Shown here in pieces: positions 39,222 to 47,953 of a DNA stretch of 47,953 nt (position 1 is the stretch's first letter; each line of letters opens with the position of its first letter). The DNA is from a virus (Duplodnaviria; Heunggongvirae; Uroviricota; Caudoviricetes): IMG/VR virus record IMGVR_UViG_2554235123_000011. The stretch is one strand, 5' to 3'. A program made the translations under genes and the position numbers. Under the pieces are notes generated by a model. That model made no database searches. It saw only the letters and a program-made list of their open reading frames with translations, and was not told the DNA's origin.

Positions 39222-40254
39222 CGCGCCAATCTGTGCAATCCAGAGCTTCGAAGGTGCGGCCCCGTTCTTCTGGGTCCAGCGGTTCGAATAAACCTCCCCC
39301 ATGAGTTCCCACAGCTTCCAGACCGTTTCCGTCGCTGATAAATCCGTTTTCACGTTCCCACTGCTCACGTGCTGCCCGAATTTCCTGAACTGCCCGTGAT
39401 GCGGTGCCACCTGGTGCTGCTGCATGGTTTACCCCCTTGCTGACTGGTTTAACCTGCGCCCTGACGTGATTTACGTGACGGGCGAATTTCTGCTCCCACT
39501 GAATCTGCGTAAACACTTTCCCCTCCGCTGCCCAGTAGTCCCGGAAGGCGGCAAGTTCAGCAGGTGTAAATTCTGTCTCCGGCAAAGCCATCCCCCACAA
39601 CGCAGCCCGTCGTCGAAAATCCCGTGACGGATACCAGCTATCGGTCATCGGAAATTTTCCGATGGGTTCGCTCAGGCCATCCAGGAATACAAGGGGTGCT
39701 GCCTGTAACGACAAAACTTCCTGCTCACTGGTCGGAGCACTCTCGCGTGCGTTATGTGTGGGGTTTAGATCTTTGGGTTCCTTTGGGTTCCGTGATCCGT
39801 TTTTGGGTGTCTTTGATGGAAAATTTGGGTGTCTTTGGTTATTTTCCATGCAGCTAAGAGTTCCGTTTTTGGGTCTGTTTTGTGCTGAAACATAACCATT
39901 TTCGGTACTGTTTTTATTAACAGCACCAATTTTACCCACCTTTAAAGACTCCCGTTTTTGGGTGTATTCAGGCTCGGCAACACTTTCTTCTACACCGATA
40001 AGTCGGTACACCACAATTTGCTTTGTTCTGCCTTTTCTCTCACCGGTATCAACAATTAACCCAATCTCCATCAGGTGTCGTAAGCTGTCCTGCACAGTCT
40101 TTTTGTTCAGTTCCGTTACTTCTGCCAGTGCAGATACAGACGGGTATGCACACAAATCGGCACCGCACATATCAGCAAGCCAGGTCAATACAGACTTACT
40201 GGATGAACTGCCGGTTTTCACCTTTTTAGCCCATCGTAGTGCATCGATACTCAT
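39214..40254 (-). CDS. Replication initiator O-like protein (HTH N-terminus; iterons within the gene)
   Basis: MSIDALRWAKK... HTH; origin-like iterons inside the coding sequence. Confidence 0.7.
   Translation of the reverse strand: MSIDALRWAKKVKTGSSSSKSVLTWLADMCGADLCAYPSVSALAEVTELNKKTVQDSLRHLMEIGLIVDTGERKGRTKQIVVYRLIGVEESVAEPEYTQKRESLKVGKIGAVNKNSTENGYVSAQNRPKNGTLSCMENNQRHPNFPSKTPKNGSRNPKEPKDLNPTHNARESAPTSEQEVLSLQAAPLVFLDGLSEPIGKFPMTDSWYPSRDFRRRAALWGMALPETEFTPAELAAFRDYWAAEGKVFTQIQWEQKFARHVNHVRAQVKPVSKGVNHAAAPGGTASRAVQEIRAAREQWERENGFISDGNGLEAVGTHGGGLFEPLDPEERGRTFEALDCTDWRDD
39770..39966. repeat. Origin-like iteron cluster (CCGTTTTTGGGTGTC-type repeats) plus AT-rich tract inside the O-like gene
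   Basis: ccgtttttgggtgtc (39797), tttgggtgtc (39824), ccgtttttgggtc (39863), cccgtttttgggtgt (39951), ctttgggttc x2 (39771..39790); AT-rich 39909..39935. Confidence 0.6.
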
Positions 40255-40777
40255 ACAAACCCCTGGCAGACATTTGTTTATCTGCAAAGTAATATTGATA
40301 TTGCTGACGATACGCATGCTTGAAAGCAATAGCTTTTTCTATAAGCTCGTCAGTCTCACGTTCCACAACAGCTGGATCCGCAAAAAGCAGCCCGGACTCC
40401 ACCACATCGCCATATTCTTTGTTTAATCCGGCGATCATGTACGTAATGCTTTTTCCATCACTGATCTCACGATACAACCTGAAATCACTAATTCGGATAG
40501 CCTCCATAATTGCCGGAATCAGCGCCGTGAATTTTTTCCGCTTATCCCTGGTGTCGATAGCTTTCCAGCGTTCGAATATCTTCACCCGGTTAACGCCCAG
40601 CGCCCGTTGATCAACCTCGCCATCATTAAACGTGACGCGTTGAACATCGATGTTCGGGCGTTCTTTCAGAGCCCAGAATGCTTCCGTGATTAATATCGTC
40701 GCTTGCTCCTGTGTCATTCCTGGTCGACATACCCAGGCATCCAGAGCCTCACAAACCTGTTCAGGGGTGATTTTCAT
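40226..40777 (-). CDS. YdaT-like protein (183 aa) in the cII position
   Basis: ...FERWKAIDTRDKRKKFTALIPAIMEAI... resembles YdaT; follows the cro-like gene. Confidence 0.55.
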   Translation of the reverse strand: MKITPEQVCEALDAWVCRPGMTQEQATILITEAFWALKERPNIDVQRVTFNDGEVDQRALGVNRVKIFERWKAIDTRDKRKKFTALIPAIMEAIRISDFRLYREISDGKSITYMIAGLNKEYGDVVESGLLFADPAVVERETDELIEKAIAFKHAYRQQYQYYFADKQMSARGLYEYRCTTMG

Positions 40778-40988
40778 TGTTCAACCGCCCCGCCCGCTTT
40801 GCCTTACGATATTCGTCATAAACTTTGGGGTCGTACTGAAGTTCCCCGCCGGATGCCTCCTGTAGACGCATCGCGCGACCTTCAGGAACCAGTTTCCCCC
40901 ATGCAGCAACGCTTGCCAGCCTAACTCCTGCGGCATTGGCAAGCTTTGTTTTGCTGCCAAAAAACGCTATAGCATCAATTTTCAACAT
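40761..40988 (-). CDS. dicC: Cro-like repressor (DicC/P22-Cro type, 75 aa)
   Basis: MLKIDAIAFFGSKTKLANAAGVRLASVAAWGK...; divergent from dicA. Confidence 0.8.
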   Translation of the reverse strand: MLKIDAIAFFGSKTKLANAAGVRLASVAAWGKLVPEGRAMRLQEASGGELQYDPKVYDEYRKAKRAGRLNNENHP

Positions 40989-41064
40989 ATCGAACTCCTT
41001 AGATTTTCCTAAGGAAACTAGATCGTAGAGAAACCTAAGTCAAGAAAAATTAGAATTACCTAAT
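40989..41064. promoter_or_regulatory. Divergent promoter/operator region between dicC and dicA
   Basis: Palindrome CCTTAG-attttc-CTAAGG (about 40992..41009) and related CTAAG half-sites. Confidence 0.5.
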
Positions 41065-41472
41065 ATGAAAAACGAAACCTTCGGTGCTCGCCTCTTATAC
41101 AGGCGTAAAAAATTAAAACTGTCTCAGGCCGCATTAGGTAAGCTGGTCAAAGTGGCTCACGTAACAATTTCTCAATGGGAAAGAGATGAAACACAGCCAG
41201 CGGGGAAGAGATTATTCGCACTGAGCCAGGCGCTTCAGTGCTCGCCGACTTGGCTTCTTTTTGGAGATGAAGATAAGCAACCAGGCGAACCGATCCCAGA
41301 TAATCAGCCAGTTAATCTGACAGAAGATCAAAAAGAGTTGCTTCAACTGTTCGACGCACTGCCTGAGTCAGAGCAAAAGGCTCTGTTGTCAGAGATGCGT
41401 GCTCGAGTTGAGAATTTCAACAAACTTTTTGAAGAACTACTCAAAGCTCGCAAAAGAAGCGCAAATAAATAA
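41065..41472 (+). CDS. dicA: DicA-type repressor (HTH-XRE, 135 aa; no LexA-like peptidase domain)
   Basis: ...LSQAALGKLVKVAHVTISQWERDETQPAGKRLFALSQALQCSPTWLLFGDEDKQP...; same length as K-12 DicA. Confidence 0.85.
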   Translation: MKNETFGARLLYRRKKLKLSQAALGKLVKVAHVTISQWERDETQPAGKRLFALSQALQCSPTWLLFGDEDKQPGEPIPDNQPVNLTEDQKELLQLFDALPESEQKALLSEMRARVENFNKLFEELLKARKRSANK

Positions 41473-41678
41473 CCCTCCCTTTTTTTTCGCCACTCTCTGT
41501 AATAAAAAGCACAAACTTTCAAATGCTTGTGTTTTTTACATCAAAAAGCTTAGGTTTTTCTACACAAAAAGCTTGACCATAATTCTTAGGTTATTCTAAA
41601 TTCTACTCATCAAGACACCGCACGGTGTTCTCAGCAAACAGTTCCGCTACCCTGGCGTTAAGGGGAAATGAGGTCAGC

Positions 41679-41831
41679 ATGGATACTATCGATCTTGGCA
41701 ACAACGAATCTCTGGTATGCGGCGTGTTTCCCAACCAGGACGGCACGTTTACCGCGATGACGTATACCAGAAGCAAAACGTTTCAAACTGAAGCTGGCGC
41801 GCGTCGCTGGTTAACCAGAAACACTGACTGA
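41679..41831 (+). CDS. ydfA: YdfA-like small protein (50 aa)
   Basis: MDTIDLGNNESLVCGVFPNQDGTFTAMTYT...; SD GAGG. Confidence 0.6.
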   Translation: MDTIDLGNNESLVCGVFPNQDGTFTAMTYTRSKTFQTEAGARRWLTRNTD

Positions 41832-41842
41832 TGAGGTTGACG

Positions 41843-42217
41843 ATGGAATTTAAAGATTTACCAGTACCATTCCAGGAAATGGCATCGAATGTGGTTCGCT
41901 CTCAACTGGCGACTCTTGACCTGAGTACCGTAGAAAAAGAAACCATCGATACTATATCCGGTAACGTGCGTCGTGCCTTTATCGGTCTGTACGAAGAGAA
42001 GCAGCTCTCTGATAACCAGGATTTACATGAAAAATACTTCCTGGAATTAATGGACATCATTAATAAAGGATTTGGCTTGTTAATGAAAAAGAAAGGGATT
42101 CGAATAGCTCCCCTTGAAAATCATTTTACAGCGAGCAGTATTAATTCCTGTGATTTAAAGCATCACACATCCGATGGGAAAGTTGAATCAAACAACAAAA
42201 TATCAATTAATCATTAA
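41843..42217 (+). CDS. Hypothetical protein (124 aa) in the ydfB/ydfC position
   Basis: ATG 41843 with SD GAGG. Confidence 0.45.
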   Translation: MEFKDLPVPFQEMASNVVRSQLATLDLSTVEKETIDTISGNVRRAFIGLYEEKQLSDNQDLHEKYFLELMDIINKGFGLLMKKKGIRIAPLENHFTASSINSCDLKHHTSDGKVESNNKISINH

Positions 42218-42516
42218 TTTATTCACAGGTGAGGTAGAGTGCGTGCGCCGGACACGGATAAGAATCCGGCACTGACAGTTTACTAAAAAGGATATATCCC
42301 TGAAAAGTCAGGGCATAACACGAAAGCGCCCGGCGAAGTTAGTCTCTCTGTATAGGTCGTCGTTAAATTTAATTCGATCGTGCGCTTCCGGTTGTGGCAA
42401 TCCGCGAAATGGCGCGGCGGTAAGTATGGCTGGGGTTTCCTCCATTGCTCCAGAAAATGCACCGGGTTGTCAGGTTGACCATACGCTTAAGTGACAGCCC
42501 CGCCACAATACCCATG

Positions 42517-42569
42517 TGTAGTCTTTGGTGGCATCAGTTCTACTCCGTGACTGCTCTGCCACCCTTTTT
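42517..42569 (+). ncRNA. dicF: DicF small RNA homologue
   Basis: tttggtggcatcagttctactccgtgactgctctgccacccttttt: conserved core TACTCCGTGACTGCTCTGCC and terminal hairpin GGTGGC/GCCACC plus T5. Confidence 0.8.
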
Positions 42570-42852
42570 AAAGTGAATTTTGTGATGCGGTGAATGCGGC
42601 TAAGCGCACGCGGAACAGTTAAAACCAAAAACAGTGTTATGGGTGGATTCTCTGTATCCGGCGTTAATTGTTAACTGGTTAACGTCACCTGGAGGCACCA
42701 GGCACCGCATCAACAAAGTTCACTTCGGTGATGAAAGGTAAGAGAAAATGTTGAATGTAGCTATTGAAAACCAGAACGGGTGGAATTATAGTGCACCTGC
42801 ACCTCATAAAACGGGTGCCGGGCGTGGAAACCCGGAATTCAATCAAGCGCAT

Positions 42853-42877
42853 AACCGCGCTCAGGCGGTTTTTTTAT
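42853..42877 (+). terminator. Intrinsic terminator-like hairpin between DicF and the Rha-like gene
   Basis: AACCGC-gctcag-GCGGTT followed by TTTTTTT. Confidence 0.45.
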
Positions 42878-43044
42878 GCGTCAAGCACAGCCACATTCAG
42901 ATTATGGTGGGGCGTGCAGGGCAGCTGCAAGGCTGGCCGGATTCTTGGTTGACCGGTATTTCCACCCCTGTACGCCTCACCACCCTTATGGTCGTGGAAA
43001 ACCTTGGTGGTGAGTTATTAATACTCAACCAAGAGGCTGCCATT

Positions 43045-43602
43045 ATGGCTACTATCCCTACCCTTTCTCACCCTGACGTAACCATCGAAAATGGTCGCGC
43101 TGTCACTACGTCTGTTGCGGTTGCAGAGTTCTTCCGCAAAATGCACAAGGACGTTCTGCGCAAAATTGAAACGCTAGAATGCTCTGAAGATTTTAACGAG
43201 CGCAATTTTACGCCCGTTACCTACACCGACGCCAAAGGCGAAAAACGCCCCATGTACCAAATCACCAAAAACGGCTTCGTTTTCCTGGTGATGGGGTTCA
43301 CAGGTAAAAAAGCCGCAACTTTCAAAGAAGCCTACATCGCTGAGTTCGATCGCATGGAGGAAGAACTGCGCCAGAATAACGCCCCGTCTCCCGACAAAAT
43401 GATTCACGGGGACGGACGCACCCTGGTTATCCGTCTCAACGAACACGGCAATATCAAATTCACTGAAACCGTTCCTGACGGCGCAATGGTCTGCACCCTG
43501 GATACCTTCCGGTTTTATCTGGAGAAACAAGGATGGACTCTTGTAAACCGGAGCGCAATTAAAAATATGACTGTGGAGCAATTGCTAAAAATTCATTGTT
43601 GA
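43045..43602 (+). CDS. Rha-family phage regulatory protein (~185 aa)
   Basis: ...AVTTSVAVAEFFRKMHKDVLRKIETL...RPMYQITKNGFVFLVMGFTGKKAATFKEAYIAEFDRMEEEL, Rha-like; SD AAGAGG. Confidence 0.65.
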   Translation: MATIPTLSHPDVTIENGRAVTTSVAVAEFFRKMHKDVLRKIETLECSEDFNERNFTPVTYTDAKGEKRPMYQITKNGFVFLVMGFTGKKAATFKEAYIAEFDRMEEELRQNNAPSPDKMIHGDGRTLVIRLNEHGNIKFTETVPDGAMVCTLDTFRFYLEKQGWTLVNRSAIKNMTVEQLLKIHC

Positions 43603-43612
43603 GGACGCGATA

Positions 43613-43801
43613 ATGGAAACGTCACTACCAAACGTTAATACGTCTGACGGGTGCTTTAATATTGGTGTTCTGCTCAGTAACAGGGATTTCACCGAGGATG
43701 CAATCAATATGAGAAAATATGAACCCTACCTGCTGAATGACAATTCCATACTCTCCAGAATTGCCCTTCTTAAACTCGGTATTTTCGGAGAGTGGCGATG
43801 A
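43613..43801 (+). CDS. dicB: Cell division inhibitor DicB (62 aa)
   Basis: METSLPNVNTSDGCFNIGVLLSN...TEDAINMRK...; K-12 DicB-like, same length. Confidence 0.85.
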   Translation: METSLPNVNTSDGCFNIGVLLSNRDFTEDAINMRKYEPYLLNDNSILSRIALLKLGIFGEWR

Positions 43802-44001
43802 ACACATTATTCGTACTCATTCTGACTGTACATCTCAATACTGGTGAGTCGCTTGATGCAATCACCGGCATGTACAACTCAATGAAAGAATGCATGGCTG
43901 CCGCAGCGGAACAGAAAATTCCCGGCAACTGTTATCCGGTCGATAAAGTTATTCACATGGACAATAACGAAATCCCGGCGGGGCTTAAAACAGCACCGTA
44001 A
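43798..44001 (+). CDS. YdfD-like small membrane protein (67 aa)
   Basis: ATGA start/stop overlap with dicB; MNTLFVLILTVHLNTG... hydrophobic N-terminus. Confidence 0.55.
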   Translation: MNTLFVLILTVHLNTGESLDAITGMYNSMKECMAAAAEQKIPGNCYPVDKVIHMDNNEIPAGLKTAP

Positions 44002-44078
44002 TTAATATCCGGTTTCATTTTTATATGCCAGCAATGGCAGGGATTTGTTCACCCTTAAATCTGTAATGAGGTTTATCA

Positions 44079-46535
44079 ATGAGCACTGATAAAGAAGAAA
44101 TTGCACTATATTACGAAGCCAAAAATGACAAAATCAGAAAACGTCTTGGAATTAAAGGCGGTTTTTACTGGCGCACAGCAAAAAAATTATCGGTTGCAAT
44201 ATCACGCGGTGTTGTCGCAATGGACGATGCCGGATTTGACAAAGAGGATTTTAAAAAACCTGTTCGCGTCCATTTACCCGTTGTGAATGACCTTCCTCCG
44301 GAAGGCGTGTTTGATACCGAATTCTGCAACCGATACGAAAAGGGCGGTGAAGATGGTATCACAATGGTACTTATCGCGCCCTCGCCCTCTGTTCAGGATA
44401 AACCAGCCAGCACTGACAATACCAACGTCAACGGCGAAAACATGGCTGAGATTGAGGAGAACATGCTCCTGCCGGTTTCAGGTCAGATTCTGCCTGTTCG
44501 ATGGCTGGCACAGCACGGCAGCGAAAAACCGATCACACACGTTTCGCGGGACGAACTGCGCACATTACATAACGCACAGGATGAAAAACTTCCCGCCGTT
44601 ACCGCGCTGGCCATCTCAAATAAAGCAGCGCAACTCGAACCGCTGGAAATTCGCGATCTCCACAAACTGGTTCGTGACACGGACAAAGTTTTCCCTAATC
44701 CTGGTAATTCAGACCTGGGACTGATGACTGCTTTTTTCGAAGCATACCTGGGCGCTGACTACACCGATCGCGGTCTGCTGACAAAAGAGTGGATGAAAGG
44801 AAATCGTGTTTCACGCATCACCCGCACGGCTTCCGGTGCTAATGCCGGTGGAGGGAACAAAACCGATCGCAATCCGAATTTAGTACACACCTTCGATACG
44901 CTGGATGTGGAGATTGCAGCGGCCACACTTCCGATGGATTTTAATATTTATGAAATTCCGGGCAGCGTTTATCGTCGCGCAAAAGAAGTCGTCCGGAAGA
45001 AAGAAAGTCCGTTCAAAGAATGGTCCGCAGCACTTCGCGCAATCCCGGGTATCCTGGATTATTCCCGCGCCGCTATTTTTGCACTTATCCGAAGCGCACA
45101 CCCTGAATTTTATCACTACCCGGGACGCCTTCAGGGGTATATCAACGCCTATTTGACGGAAACTGATCACGAGAACCCTACCGAGGAAACTCTCGCTGCT
45201 GCACGACATACACCGGAAAAAGATATCCTGGAAGAAGTTAACCGCGAACTGGCTGCTGAACGCGAAACAGAAGAAGAAAAAAATAATGAGGAAAAATCAC
45301 AACCGTCTGACGCAATGGCAGATGAACAGGCAACGACTGAAGCAATGGAGCCGAATACAACTGAACATCGCCAGGACACGCAATCGCTGGATACTCAGGC
45401 ACAGATAGATCCGGTTAATCAGGTAAAAGTTACCGCTGACGAAGTAAACAAAATTATGCAGGCAGCCAATATCAGCCAGCCTGACGCCGATAAGTTGCTT
45501 GCGGCCTCTCGCGGAGAATTTGTTGCAGGGATTAGCGACCCGAATGATCCGAAATGGGTCAAGGGGATGGAAACCCGCGATTCTGTGAACCAGAACCAGC
45601 AAGAAACGGAACAGAACGGCCAGAAAGCGGAACAAAACAGCCCAAATGCGTTACAAAACGAGCCAGAAACGAAACAACCTGAACCAGTAGTGCAACAGGA
45701 ACCGGAAAAGATCTGCACCGCCTGCGGTCAGACCGGCGGCGGCAACTGCCCTGATTGTGGCGCGGTGATGGGCGACGCAACATACCAGGAAACATTCAAT
45801 GAAGAGAATCAGGTTGAAGTTCAGGAAAATGATCCGGAGGAAATGGAAGGCACTGAACATCCACACAAGGAGAACCCTGGCGGCAATCAGCATCACGATA
45901 GCGATAGTGAAACTGGCGAGGCGACAGATCACTCAGTTAAGGTGAACGGTCATCATAAAGGCACATCCACCAGCGGGACGTGTGACCATCTAATGATCGA
46001 CCTTGAAACCATGGGAAAAAATCCAGATGCCCCGATTATCTCAATAGGTGCAATATTTTTCGATCCGCAAACCGGAGATATGGGACCGGAATTTAGTAAG
46101 ACTATCGATCTGGAAACTGCTGGCGGAGTCATTGATCGGGACACCATTAAATGGTGGCTTAAGCAATCACGCGAAGCGCAATCTGCCATTATGACCGATG
46201 AAATCCCGTTAGATGATGCACTGTTACAATTGCGGGAATTTATCGACGAAAACTCCGGCGAATTTTTTGTTCAGGTCTGGGGAAATGGAGCCAACTTCGA
46301 CAACACGATTTTGCGCCGTTCATACGAACGGCAGGGGATCCCCTGCCCGTGGCGTTACTACAACGATCGCGATGTACGCACAATCGTTGAGCTGGGGAAA
46401 GCCATAGACTTCGATGCCAGAACGGCTATTCCATTCGAAGGTGAGCGCCATAATGCACTTGATGACGCCCGTTACCAGGCAAAATACGTTTCAGTTATCT
46501 GGCAAAAACTGATCCCGAGTCAGGCTGATTTTTAA
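44079..46535 (+). CDS. Large prophage protein (818 aa) with C-terminal DEDDh 3'-5' exonuclease domain, central acidic low-complexity region and Cys4 zinc ribbon
   Basis: Exo motifs IDLETMG, VWGNGANFDNTIL, HNALDDARYQA; CTACG...CPDCG. Confidence 0.7.
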   Translation: MSTDKEEIALYYEAKNDKIRKRLGIKGGFYWRTAKKLSVAISRGVVAMDDAGFDKEDFKKPVRVHLPVVNDLPPEGVFDTEFCNRYEKGGEDGITMVLIAPSPSVQDKPASTDNTNVNGENMAEIEENMLLPVSGQILPVRWLAQHGSEKPITHVSRDELRTLHNAQDEKLPAVTALAISNKAAQLEPLEIRDLHKLVRDTDKVFPNPGNSDLGLMTAFFEAYLGADYTDRGLLTKEWMKGNRVSRITRTASGANAGGGNKTDRNPNLVHTFDTLDVEIAAATLPMDFNIYEIPGSVYRRAKEVVRKKESPFKEWSAALRAIPGILDYSRAAIFALIRSAHPEFYHYPGRLQGYINAYLTETDHENPTEETLAAARHTPEKDILEEVNRELAAERETEEEKNNEEKSQPSDAMADEQATTEAMEPNTTEHRQDTQSLDTQAQIDPVNQVKVTADEVNKIMQAANISQPDADKLLAASRGEFVAGISDPNDPKWVKGMETRDSVNQNQQETEQNGQKAEQNSPNALQNEPETKQPEPVVQQEPEKICTACGQTGGGNCPDCGAVMGDATYQETFNEENQVEVQENDPEEMEGTEHPHKENPGGNQHHDSDSETGEATDHSVKVNGHHKGTSTSGTCDHLMIDLETMGKNPDAPIISIGAIFFDPQTGDMGPEFSKTIDLETAGGVIDRDTIKWWLKQSREAQSAIMTDEIPLDDALLQLREFIDENSGEFFVQVWGNGANFDNTILRRSYERQGIPCPWRYYNDRDVRTIVELGKAIDFDARTAIPFEGERHNALDDARYQAKYVSVIWQKLIPSQADF

Positions 46536-46596
46536 TGTTCAACCGTCGCCAGTTGTCGTTGATATTCTGCAACTGGCGCGTTCCGGAGTGATAGCC

Positions 46597-46866
46597 ATGA
46601 GCGAACAGTACCTGATAACGCTCGACGAGTGGAAACCAAAACGGTTCAGTCTCCCAATAACAAACACTACCCTGGTGAAATACGGAAAACTAGGATACAT
46701 CGTTCCAAGACCACAAAAAATTCGTGGGCGTTGGCTGATAGATCGCCGAGCAGTATTTGTTGGGCCTGGTGAAACGGGAATTGCGCCGGAAATTCATACT
46801 GGCGATGATGATGCACTGAAGGAGATTTTAACTCATGTCACCGAGGCCACGAAAAAACAGCACTGA
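46597..46866 (+). CDS. xis: Putative excisionase-like protein (~89 aa)
   Basis: Small gene immediately upstream of and overlapping int. Confidence 0.45.
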   Translation: MSEQYLITLDEWKPKRFSLPITNTTLVKYGKLGYIVPRPQKIRGRWLIDRRAVFVGPGETGIAPEIHTGDDDALKEILTHVTEATKKQH

Positions 46867-47953
46867 CGTAGCCGGTCTTTACGAAAAGTTTGATCGCAGA
46901 ACTGGCAGAGTTTACTACCAGTATAAAAATCCTGTGACTGGAAAATTTCACGGACTCGGAACAGACAAAGGTAAGGCAGAAAAAATCGCTTCCACAGCCA
47001 ATCAGCGAATAGCTGCAGCAGAAGCTGAATATTTCATGCGCAAAATTGATGAAAGTCCGTCAGCAACAAAACGTCGGGGTATCAGATTAAAGGCATGGGT
47101 TGATCGATATCTGAAAATACAGGACACGCGACTGAAAAATGGAGATATTGCAGCTACAACTCACAAAGAAAAAACTCGAATGGCTGCATACCTGGTTTCC
47201 CGTCTGGGAAACCACCCATTGAAAGAACTGGAAGTAAGAGACTTTGCATTAATACTGGATGAGTGGCTGGATAAAGACATGGTCAGCACAGCGAGAGTAA
47301 ATCGTGGATTATGGGTTGATATTTATAAAGAAGCACAGCATGCAGGGGAAGTTCCTCCTGGATGGAATCCTCCGGAGGCTACCCGTAAACCGATCCCTAA
47401 AGTAACCAGAGCCAGGCTCACCATGGAAGACTGGCAAAAAATTTACAATGCAACGCCTGAAAAACACTTTATCCGTAACGCAATGCTTCTTGCGATTGTT
47501 ACTGGTCAGCGCCGTGATGACATTTGCCACATGCGTTTTTCAGATGTGTGGAACGAACACTTGCATATCACCCAGGGAAAAACCGGAATGCGTCTGGCGT
47601 TACCGCTTACACTACGCTGTGATGCCATTGGGATAACGTTAAAAGAAGTTATTGATGGGTGCCGAGACAGAATATTAAGTCCATATCTAATCCATAGTCG
47701 GCACCAGAAACAACCGAAGCCGATGAGTAAAGACAACCTGAGCGACTACTTTGCCAAAGCACGGGATCTGGCTGGGATAATTCCACCAGCAGGAAAAACT
47801 CCGCCAACATTTCATGAACAACGCTCTCTATCAGAACGGCTGTACCGTGCACAGGGTATCGATACAAAAACATTACTAGGACATAAAGTCCAGGCAACCA
47901 CCGATCGCTATAACGATACTCGAGGTCAGGAATGGGTTAAGTTGGTTATTTGA
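46835..47953 (+). CDS. int: Tyrosine integrase (lambda Int family, 372 aa)
   Basis: C-terminal catalytic region ...TFHEQRSLSERLY...LLGHKVQATTDRYNDTRGQEWVKL resembles lambda Int (R...HxxR...Y). Confidence 0.9.
   Translation: MSPRPRKNSTDVAGLYEKFDRRTGRVYYQYKNPVTGKFHGLGTDKGKAEKIASTANQRIAAAEAEYFMRKIDESPSATKRRGIRLKAWVDRYLKIQDTRLKNGDIAATTHKEKTRMAAYLVSRLGNHPLKELEVRDFALILDEWLDKDMVSTARVNRGLWVDIYKEAQHAGEVPPGWNPPEATRKPIPKVTRARLTMEDWQKIYNATPEKHFIRNAMLLAIVTGQRRDDICHMRFSDVWNEHLHITQGKTGMRLALPLTLRCDAIGITLKEVIDGCRDRILSPYLIHSRHQKQPKPMSKDNLSDYFAKARDLAGIIPPAGKTPPTFHEQRSLSERLYRAQGIDTKTLLGHKVQATTDRYNDTRGQEWVKLVI

Larger units (their letters stand above)
1..47953. mobile_element. Lambdoid prophage (lambda-like packaging/head/tail module, Qin/DicA-type immunity region, integrase at right end); both prophage ends lie at or beyond the window edges
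   Basis: Colinear lambda gene order Nu1-A-W-B-C-D-E-FI-FII-Z-U-V-G-T-H-M-L-K-I-J-lom-stf-tfa on the minus strand; lambda cos sequence; lysis cassette; Q; O/P; integrase at 46835..47953. Confidence 0.9.

Noticed and set aside
42748-43044. First 99 codons of the 284-aa ORF upstream of the Rha-like domain
   Set aside because: An intrinsic terminator-like hairpin (42853..42877) lies inside it and a proper SD/ATG occurs at 43045; treated as leader rather than coding, though not experimentally excluded
1-47953. CRISPR arrays, transposase/IS elements and restriction-modification gene pairs
   Set aside because: None found: no regularly spaced short repeats, no transposase-like ORF, and the only methyltransferase (324..992) lacks DNA-methyltransferase motifs and a partner nuclease

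Overview
The window is essentially one lambda-like (lambdoid) prophage of an Escherichia/Shigella-type genome, lying in reverse orientation to the standard lambda map. All calls come from reading the sequence and ORF translations; no database search was run, so family assignments rest on remembered similarity to lambda, phage 21 and E. coli K-12 Qin/Rac proteins. From right to left: integrase and a putative excisionase (46.6-47.95 kb); a Qin-type dicB operon (dicA, ydfA-like, DicF sRNA, a Rha-like insertion, dicB, ydfD-like) with divergent dicC/cro-like and YdaT-like genes; O-like and P-like replication genes with iterons inside O; a nin-type region (two HTH proteins, DUF4406-like, HNH endonuclease, hok toxin, rem-like, DUF968-like, rusA, Q); a phage-21-type lysis cassette (dual-start pinholin, SAR endolysin, Rz/Rz1) carrying extra genes; a cos site identical to lambda cosN; then Nu1, A, W, B, C, D, E, FI, FII, Z, U, V, G/T, H, M, L, K, I, J, lom, stf, tfa. 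The left end has a methyltransferase gene bracketed by direct repeats of the tfa 3' end. The most noteworthy loci are: a promoter-plus-terminator unit antisense to the tail operon in a 343-bp I-J spacer (candidate sRNA); an in-frame TAG at codon 24 of tail chaperone gene G; a TonB-C-domain lipoprotein and small ORFs in place of bor next to cos; a 297-aa gene translationally wedged between pinholin and endolysin; two small membrane-peptide genes between R and Rz; an AT-rich divergent ORF and a terminator-bracketed small HTH-like gene in the Q-S gap; and a Rha-like insertion between DicF and dicB. I cannot say from sequence alone which of these, if any, is truly undescribed.
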